This document shows positions 57,725 to 64,000 of a stretch of DNA of 64,000 bases, in pieces (position 1 is the stretch's first letter; each line of letters begins with the position of its first letter). A model generated the notes under the pieces. The model was given only the letters and a program-made list of their open reading frames with translations. It was not told where the DNA came from and ran no database searches. The DNA is taken from the NCBI GenBank assembly GCA_020348445.1, contig CP070751.1, forward strand, positions 4,717,060 through 4,781,059, in the 5' to 3' direction. Source of the stretch: Thermoplasmata archaeon. Its GTDB lineage: Archaea > Thermoplasmatota > Thermoplasmata > GCA-020350865. A program made the translations under genes and the position numbers.

Positions 57725-60625
57725 ATGCAGAATAAGGAGGGGTGTGTACATACGAATAATAATCCCTGGCGAGGAGATAAGAGGATTAAAGCGTTAAAAT
57801 GCTTTCCTGTCATAATCAGTGTGCTTTTTATCATATCGATTACGATATTGATTGTTCCTGACAGAAATCTGATACCAACCTCAAGTGGTGCTACAATATA
57901 TGTTCCTAACGATTATCCTACAATACAGGATGCGATAAATGCGGCTAAGGATGGAGATACGGTCTATGTTTTTAACGGGATATATAACGAAGATGTAGTG
58001 GTTAATAAGACCATAAATTTGACTGGGGAGAATAGGGATAGCACGAAAGTTACCGGTAGTGGTGGAACTAATGTAGTTCGGATTTCAGCTGATTATGTGA
58101 ATGTCTCAGGATTCACAATCAAAAGTGGATCTACTACTATTACAGGGCTGGTGATAGATTCTGATTTTAATACAATTGCAACCAACAACTTCTCTTACAA
58201 TTGGGTTGGTATCTATCTCCGATACTCCAGTGGGAATAATATAACAGGCAATATTATGTTTGGAGATGGAATTTGTATTATCGGGGATCAACTTGAGCAT
58301 TGGAACACGCACAATATCGACATTTCAAATACAGTCAATGACAAACCAGTGTTCTACTGGAAGGACCAAACTGAGGGTGTAATCCCAGTAGATGCGGGAC
58401 AAGTTATACTTGCTAACTGTACAAACGTGATTGTAGAGGCCCAAGCAATTACTGGTGTTTCTGTTGGTATTTCACTTGGATTTTCTTCCAATAACGAGAT
58501 TATAGGTAATGTCATTTCCTCATGCATATTCTGGTATGGTATCGGCCTTTATCATTCCAACAGGAATAATATCATAGGCAATTTTGTCGATAACGGCCGA
58601 AATTATGGCCTCTATATCCAGCATTCTAGCGGAAACAACATCTTAGGCAACACCCTTTCCTCCAATGGAGACTCCCCTGGAGATTACGTTATTTATCTTG
58701 ATTACTCAGAGGGTAATAATATTACAACCAACACCTTTTCTAACAGTTTGTATAGGGGGATCGGACTCTATTATTCCAATGGAAACACCATCATAGGCAA
58801 TGATTTCCAGAACAACCAACATGATTGCCTCTACCTCGATTTTTCTAGCAGAAACAACATCTCAGTCAACACGTTTTCGAATGCCACGGCCGGCGATGGC
58901 ATCCGGCTCATTAATTCCCATGGGAATTACATCATTGATAACACACTTACTTCAAATGCAGGGCGTGGCATATGGTTCGAATATTCCGATAGGAACTACA
59001 TCAAAGGCAACAACGCTTCGCGCAATTTTATAGGCATCCGGTTACAATATTCATCGAGCAATACTATAGAGAACAACACCTGCCACAGGAACGGTCTTCA
59101 AGGCATTTTAATTGAATATAGCCCCGTGAGGAATACTGTCAAAAACAACACATGTCACAGGAACGGCGGAAGCAATATTTATATCCGCTTTTCCAATGAG
59201 ACTAATATCGTAGGTAACAATATTACGCACAGTGGTTACTATGGTATTCGTATTGTAGAATCCAGTGGGAACAACATCATAGGTAATACCATCTTCTCGA
59301 ATGCCAAACATGGCATCTTTATCGTTGGGTCCTATGGGAACAGCCTCATTCGCAACAACATATCCTTTAACGACGAGTCCGGCATTAAGCTCGAATATTC
59401 TGAGAGGCATACCCTCCGTGATAACAACATTACGAATAATAAGCATGGATTGTATCTTTACAGACTTTCACACAACAACATTATAACAGGCAATACAATA
59501 TCATCGAACAACAATGACGGTATCCTTCTCGAATTGTCATCGAACAACAAAATAACAGATAACTATATTTCCGACAATTTAAGAGGCATAAATCTTTCCT
59601 TTTTTTCCTTTCCCTCAAGCAACAATGTTATATCAGGCAACAATATTTCGAACAACACTCACGGCATCAGGCTTTCTTCAGCATTGAACAATGCTATAAT
59701 GGGTAACAATATTACTTTGAACAATTTGGATGGCATCCGCTTATTCTTTTCTTCTGATTGGAATGGCATTATAGGCAATACTGTCCTCTCGAACGGCAAC
59801 TATGGTTTCTATTTAAACAACTCAACAAATAACAGCATTTACCACAACAACATCATAAACAATACAAATCAAGCTTACGATAATACAAATAATGCAAACC
59901 AATGGGACGATGGCTATCCATCAGGAGGGAATTACTGGTCAGATTTTGATGAATCAAGTGAAGGTGCGTATGATGAGTACAATGGAGAAGGTCAAAATAT
60001 ATTGGGAAGCGACGGCATAGTCGATAACGGGACGATTGGAGGAGGGGGGAAGAATCCATATGTGATTGACTCGGATTCCCAGGATAATTACCCCCTCATC
60101 GAGCCTAACAAGAATTTTATGATTTTAAAACAGGGCTGGAACCTTATTTCTTTACCTCTGATCCAGAAAGAACAAAACCTTACAAAAGTGCTTAAATCCA
60201 TCGATGGCTTGTATGATGCGGTCCAATGGTATGATATCACAGATGCAAGAGATCCCTGGAAGCATTACAAAGTAGGCAAGCCCTATGGAAACGATTTATT
60301 TGAGCTAAATGAAAAAATGGGCATTTGGATTCATATTACTCAACCTGGAGATACGATATTCTTCTACAACGGTACTCGGCTAACCGAAAATCAGAAAATA
60401 GCACTTCATCCAGGTTGGAACATGGTTGGCTACCCATCATTGAATAATAGGGACAGGACCTCGGCTTTGAACAACATCGACTTCCCATCTGATGTCGATG
60501 CGATCTGGACCTATGATTCCATGACTCAAAGATGGGAGAAGATGGGTCCGTCTGATTATTTCGAGGTCGGAAGAGGATACTACATTCACTCCAAAGTCAC
60601 AAAGGATTGGGATGTTCCTCTATAA
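57725..60625 (+). CDS. NosD/CASH-type parallel beta-helix protein with a duplicated GWN(L/M)xxxP C-terminal domain
   Basis: IYVPNDYPTIQDAINAAKDGDTVYV, many GI-x-L-x-x-S-x-x-N-x-I-x-G-N repeats, GGNYWSD, LKQGWNLISLP and LHPGWNMVGYP. Confidence 0.9.
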   Translation: MQNKEGCVHTNNNPWRGDKRIKALKCFPVIISVLFIISITILIVPDRNLIPTSSGATIYVPNDYPTIQDAINAAKDGDTVYVFNGIYNEDVVVNKTINLTGENRDSTKVTGSGGTNVVRISADYVNVSGFTIKSGSTTITGLVIDSDFNTIATNNFSYNWVGIYLRYSSGNNITGNIMFGDGICIIGDQLEHWNTHNIDISNTVNDKPVFYWKDQTEGVIPVDAGQVILANCTNVIVEAQAITGVSVGISLGFSSNNEIIGNVISSCIFWYGIGLYHSNRNNIIGNFVDNGRNYGLYIQHSSGNNILGNTLSSNGDSPGDYVIYLDYSEGNNITTNTFSNSLYRGIGLYYSNGNTIIGNDFQNNQHDCLYLDFSSRNNISVNTFSNATAGDGIRLINSHGNYIIDNTLTSNAGRGIWFEYSDRNYIKGNNASRNFIGIRLQYSSSNTIENNTCHRNGLQGILIEYSPVRNTVKNNTCHRNGGSNIYIRFSNETNIVGNNITHSGYYGIRIVESSGNNIIGNTIFSNAKHGIFIVGSYGNSLIRNNISFNDESGIKLEYSERHTLRDNNITNNKHGLYLYRLSHNNIITGNTISSNNNDGILLELSSNNKITDNYISDNLRGINLSFFSFPSSNNVISGNNISNNTHGIRLSSALNNAIMGNNITLNNLDGIRLFFSSDWNGIIGNTVLSNGNYGFYLNNSTNNSIYHNNIINNTNQAYDNTNNANQWDDGYPSGGNYWSDFDESSEGAYDEYNGEGQNILGSDGIVDNGTIGGGGKNPYVIDSDSQDNYPLIEPNKNFMILKQGWNLISLPLIQKEQNLTKVLKSIDGLYDAVQWYDITDARDPWKHYKVGKPYGNDLFELNEKMGIWIHITQPGDTIFFYNGTRLTENQKIALHPGWNMVGYPSLNNRDRTSALNNIDFPSDVDAIWTYDSMTQRWEKMGPSDYFEVGRGYYIHSKVTKDWDVPL

Positions 60626-60683
60626 AATTTTATAGAAGAGGGGAAAAAGAGGACTTTTGAAAGGTGAAGGAAAACAACTTTAT

Positions 60684-61961
60684 TTATTTACTCTCTCCCA
60701 CATCGATCTTCCCATCCTTCACTACAGTCTCCACAAGATTCCCACCAAAACGATAAGGTATATGCATGTGATTTGGGCAATCGAGTATGATGATATCTGC
60801 CTCTTTTCCCACTTCTAGGCTCCCAATCTCTTGAGCCCTATTTATTGCATGCGCGGCGTTGATAGTGGATGCAACTATGGCTTCAGAAGGCAGCATCCCC
60901 ATGTTGTAACAAGCCAAGGCAATCATGAACTGCATGGATTCTGTCCAGCAATTGGGATTGAAATCTGTGGCAAGGGCAACAGGGACTCCAGAATCGATCA
61001 TGAATCTTGCTCTTGGATATTCCTTCTGCATAAGGGCAAAGGGAGTTCCAGGAACCAAAACTCCAATAACCTCTTTTTCGGCCATACTTTTGATTCCCTC
61101 ATCTGATGACTTCACAAGATGACTTGCCGAAATTGCCTCAACCTCGGCTGCCAGCTCTGTTCCCCCGAGCTGTACTATTTCGTCTGCATGGATTTTTGGC
61201 CGAAAGCCATGTTCCTTTCCTTTCATGAGAATCTTTCTCGATTGCTCAACTGAAAAAACACCCTTTTCGCAGAAGACATCACAGAATTCTGCAAGTTTTT
61301 TTTCTGCAACCTCAGGAAGTGTTTCTTCAACTACAAGATTAACATAACCATCTACATCCTCCTTATACTCAGGAGGTATTGCATGTGCACCGAGAAAGGT
61401 GGGGATAAGATCCATTACATGATTTTCATTAAGATATTTTATCACCTCAAGGCATTTTATTTCTGTTTCAGTTTCCAAACCATAACCTGATTTTGCTTCC
61501 ACTGTTGTCGTACCATAACATAACATTCGGGCTAGGGTCCTTTCTGCATTAGAAAGAAGTTCTTCCTTGCTAGCTTTCCTGGTTTCCCTCACAGTTCTGA
61601 GTATTCCCCCGCCCATGTTCAGTATATCCAGATAGGTCTTACCTTCCAATTTTAACTTCAACTCATCTTCCCTAAAGCCCGCAAAAATAAGATGCGTATG
61701 CGGGTCCACAAAACCAGGCATCACAGTTTTTCCCTGAGCATCGATTATTCTTGTATCGGATGTGATATTTACTTTTTGCTCAACATTCTCAGTTTTTCCA
61801 ACCGCGACAATCCCTCCACCAGAAACAGCTACAGATCCTCCTTTAATAACTCCTAACTCAGTCATATGTTCCTTTACTCTGGGTTTACTGTTATCACCCG
61901 CAAGTGTCACAAGTTCAGATGCATTCTTAATTAGAAGATCCGCGCCCTCCTGCATTTTCAT
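60684..61961 (-). CDS. hutI: Imidazolonepropionase
   Basis: PGFVDPHTHLIFAG, GGGILRTV, GTTTVEAKSGYGL, FLGAHA, DVFCE, HADE, LATDFNP and GSLEVGKEAD. Confidence 0.95.
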   Translation of the reverse strand: MKMQEGADLLIKNASELVTLAGDNSKPRVKEHMTELGVIKGGSVAVSGGGIVAVGKTENVEQKVNITSDTRIIDAQGKTVMPGFVDPHTHLIFAGFREDELKLKLEGKTYLDILNMGGGILRTVRETRKASKEELLSNAERTLARMLCYGTTTVEAKSGYGLETETEIKCLEVIKYLNENHVMDLIPTFLGAHAIPPEYKEDVDGYVNLVVEETLPEVAEKKLAEFCDVFCEKGVFSVEQSRKILMKGKEHGFRPKIHADEIVQLGGTELAAEVEAISASHLVKSSDEGIKSMAEKEVIGVLVPGTPFALMQKEYPRARFMIDSGVPVALATDFNPNCWTESMQFMIALACYNMGMLPSEAIVASTINAAHAINRAQEIGSLEVGKEADIIILDCPNHMHIPYRFGGNLVETVVKDGKIDVGESK

Positions 61962-61984
61962 TACCTCTTCTTATAAACTAAGAA

Positions 61985-63337
61985 CTAGATTCTTTGTATA
62001 TCAGTTTTATGACCATCAAATAAAACGGGTTGTTTGAGATTTCGGTAAACAACATTCGATCTGTATAAGTTTTTAATAAGGCTCGTAATCCCTGAATAAC
62101 CATATGTTTTCACTGTTCCCAATATAATTTTATCCAGTCTTCTAAATACGCTTCTTCTTGGATTTGCCATATCAAATCCATAGTGCAGGAGCTTTTGCAT
62201 CTCTTCAGGTGAAATTGTTGGATGATTCCATACAAGATGCTTTGCATTGTACTTTCTATAATCCTTTTCAAATATCCCGTATTTATGCTCTATCTCGTCC
62301 CATAAGGGAGTTTCAGGTAAAGGAGTTATTATACATATCTGGGTTGCATCCAGTTTTAGTTCCCTCACCTTCTCCAAATCCCTTTTAATGGACTCTGGAG
62401 TTTCGATGTCAAATCCTATCATATAGTAACCTATTATACCAATTCCCCGGCTGTGAAGGTCTTTTACAATTTCTATGACCTCTTCTGCCTCTGCTTTTTT
62501 GTTGATCTTCTCTAAAACGGCCTGATTGAAGCTCTCAAGGCCCAATCCCAGGCCGCCAAGACCAAGATGACCGTCATCCCAGCTGTCGAGCTTCTTGTAA
62601 ATGAGATCTGCTCTGGTCATTGTCCACCAGAAGTGTCGATATTTCTTTATAAGCTCCACAACCTGGCCTGCATGCTTTGTATTCATTCCAAAGAACTCAT
62701 CAAGAATAACCACGCCGCCTACTCCAATCTTCCTATAATAGGCAAGAACCCTTTCGATGCTCTCTATTGGAACCTTGGTCACTTTATTAGCAAAACTTGG
62801 GCTCTGACAGAACCTGCAGCTGTATGCACAGCCTCTTGTTGTAAAAAGCACACCCATCCAATTGATATGAAGATTCGGAAGTCCAGCTGGAACAATTAGA
62901 GGTGGATGAAATATCTCCTTTATCTCATAATCCAAGGCCCTAGCAATCTCATGCTCGGCATATCCTGTGAATATCCTGTCAAAATAAGGCTGTACCTCCT
63001 TTGTTAAAATACCGTAGTTGCCCCCCCATATCTCGTTTACACCATTTTTTCGGGCAGTCTCGATCATCTTTATGACCTCGGCAACCTCGTTCAAATAAAA
63101 TGAGAAGCCCACTATATCCCAGCCTTCCTTCAGCTTACTCATGTACTGTTCCCATGTCGGGTATTCAAGTATTTCAATTTGGGGTATGTTCTGCTTTATG
63201 AATCTGAGGCCCGGTGAGATGGTCCTGTCTGCATGAAGTTTTGAATTCCAAGTTACATTGGTCTGCATCCAGTTATAGATATCGTTTTTGTCTCTTATGT
63301 ATGAGGTTGTGAACAGTACCCTTTTTTCGGTTGGCAA
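61985..63337 (-). CDS. Cobalamin (B12)-binding radical SAM protein, class B-like
   Basis: N-terminal Rossmann-like DIVGFSF...WGGNYG, TTRGCAYSCRFC, LDEFF, LGLESFNQ, YMIGFDIET and TPLPETPLW. TTG start. Confidence 0.85.
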   Translation of the reverse strand: MPTEKRVLFTTSYIRDKNDIYNWMQTNVTWNSKLHADRTISPGLRFIKQNIPQIEILEYPTWEQYMSKLKEGWDIVGFSFYLNEVAEVIKMIETARKNGVNEIWGGNYGILTKEVQPYFDRIFTGYAEHEIARALDYEIKEIFHPPLIVPAGLPNLHINWMGVLFTTRGCAYSCRFCQSPSFANKVTKVPIESIERVLAYYRKIGVGGVVILDEFFGMNTKHAGQVVELIKKYRHFWWTMTRADLIYKKLDSWDDGHLGLGGLGLGLESFNQAVLEKINKKAEAEEVIEIVKDLHSRGIGIIGYYMIGFDIETPESIKRDLEKVRELKLDATQICIITPLPETPLWDEIEHKYGIFEKDYRKYNAKHLVWNHPTISPEEMQKLLHYGFDMANPRRSVFRRLDKIILGTVKTYGYSGITSLIKNLYRSNVVYRNLKQPVLFDGHKTDIQRI

Positions 63338-63482
63338 AATTTCCCCTATACTGCGAACTCCAAATGATTATATAAACATTTTGCAGAATGGAGGTTAAAA
63401 GAGGGGGTAAGGCCTTATAATGGAGATAGTAAAGCAGGTGTCCCAATATATTTAAATAACCAAAGCCGCATCATATCAAAAG

Positions 63483-64000
63483 GTGGTTTTACTGGATATC
63501 TGGTTTCACATCATAATGGATATCATTTTGATTGCTGGTCTTTTTGGATTGGGTGTTGGATATTACCTAAAAGATAAAAGATGCCACAAGTTCCGTTTGA
63601 TGGGCTTCGTGCTATTTGGGACATTCTGGGTACTTCAGATACCGCATTTTTTAGAAATCAGAGATGCTTTCAACGCAATCATCTGTGTCCTTGCCCTTCC
63701 ATTTTATGGCTTTCTCGGTTACAATGAATACTTGTCATATATCTGGGAAGAGGAAAAAGATTGTCTGAAGTGGATTGCTGGGGCCTCTTTTTTTGCAGGA
63801 GGATTGTACTTCTTTGTTGACAAAATTCCGATTCTATCTGCTTATATAATATATGGTGTTGCTATTCAGACTGTATGGCTAGTTAACGGAATGGGATTCA
63901 ACTACGGTGTAGGAGAAATCAATTATGCAGGAAATCCCCTGTTTTACAGGACCAATTTCAATGAAATCTCTGTGCCAATAGAGGGATCCCGTGTTGCCAT
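63483..64000 (+). CDS. artA: Archaeosortase (ArtA-like), 3'-truncated by the window end and absent from the ORF track
   Basis: Stop-free frame from GTG 63483, about 25-30 nt after tatttaaat. Multi-TM sequence ...GTFWVLQIP...DAFNAIICVLALP...GGLYFFVDKIPIL...VAIQTVWL...GSRVAI. The catalytic Cys (usually in IILACT) would fall just past the window end. Confidence 0.78.
   Translation, partial: MVLLDIWFHIIMDIILIAGLFGLGVGYYLKDKRCHKFRLMGFVLFGTFWVLQIPHFLEIRDAFNAIICVLALPFYGFLGYNEYLSYIWEEEKDCLKWIAGASFFAGGLYFFVDKIPILSAYIIYGVAIQTVWLVNGMGFNYGVGEINYAGNPLFYRTNFNEISVPIEGSRVA

Overview
Archaeal genomic window, most likely an uncultured Thermoplasmata (inferred from leaderless TATA promoters, poly-T terminators, archaeal Trm5, PolB and YchF, and an archaeosortase). 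More than half of it encodes giant cell-surface proteins. Two tandem paralogous DUF11-repeat proteins (>4757 aa and 3067 aa) share an N-terminal head domain. Two tandem membrane-anchored proteases (gingipain/C25 and immune inhibitor A/M6) sit on the same repeated Ig-like stalk. Housekeeping genes include trm5, pgk, a biotin ligase, an M20 hydrolase, pyrG, ychF, polB, hutI, three radical SAM enzymes and a 3'-truncated archaeosortase missing from the ORF track. The most unusual feature is the tRNA-Thr(CGT) locus. The tRNA is preceded by two 78-79 nt units, each made of a copy of its own 5' end, a variable 30-nt spacer, an antisense copy and a variable 17-18 nt spacer, and it is followed by a duplicate of its 3' end. 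Next to it lies an AT-rich accessory block with an orphan AbiEi-like antitoxin, its operator repeats and a probable toxin stub. No CRISPR array, integrase, transposase or rRNA was seen. All family calls come from motif recognition by eye; no database search was run.
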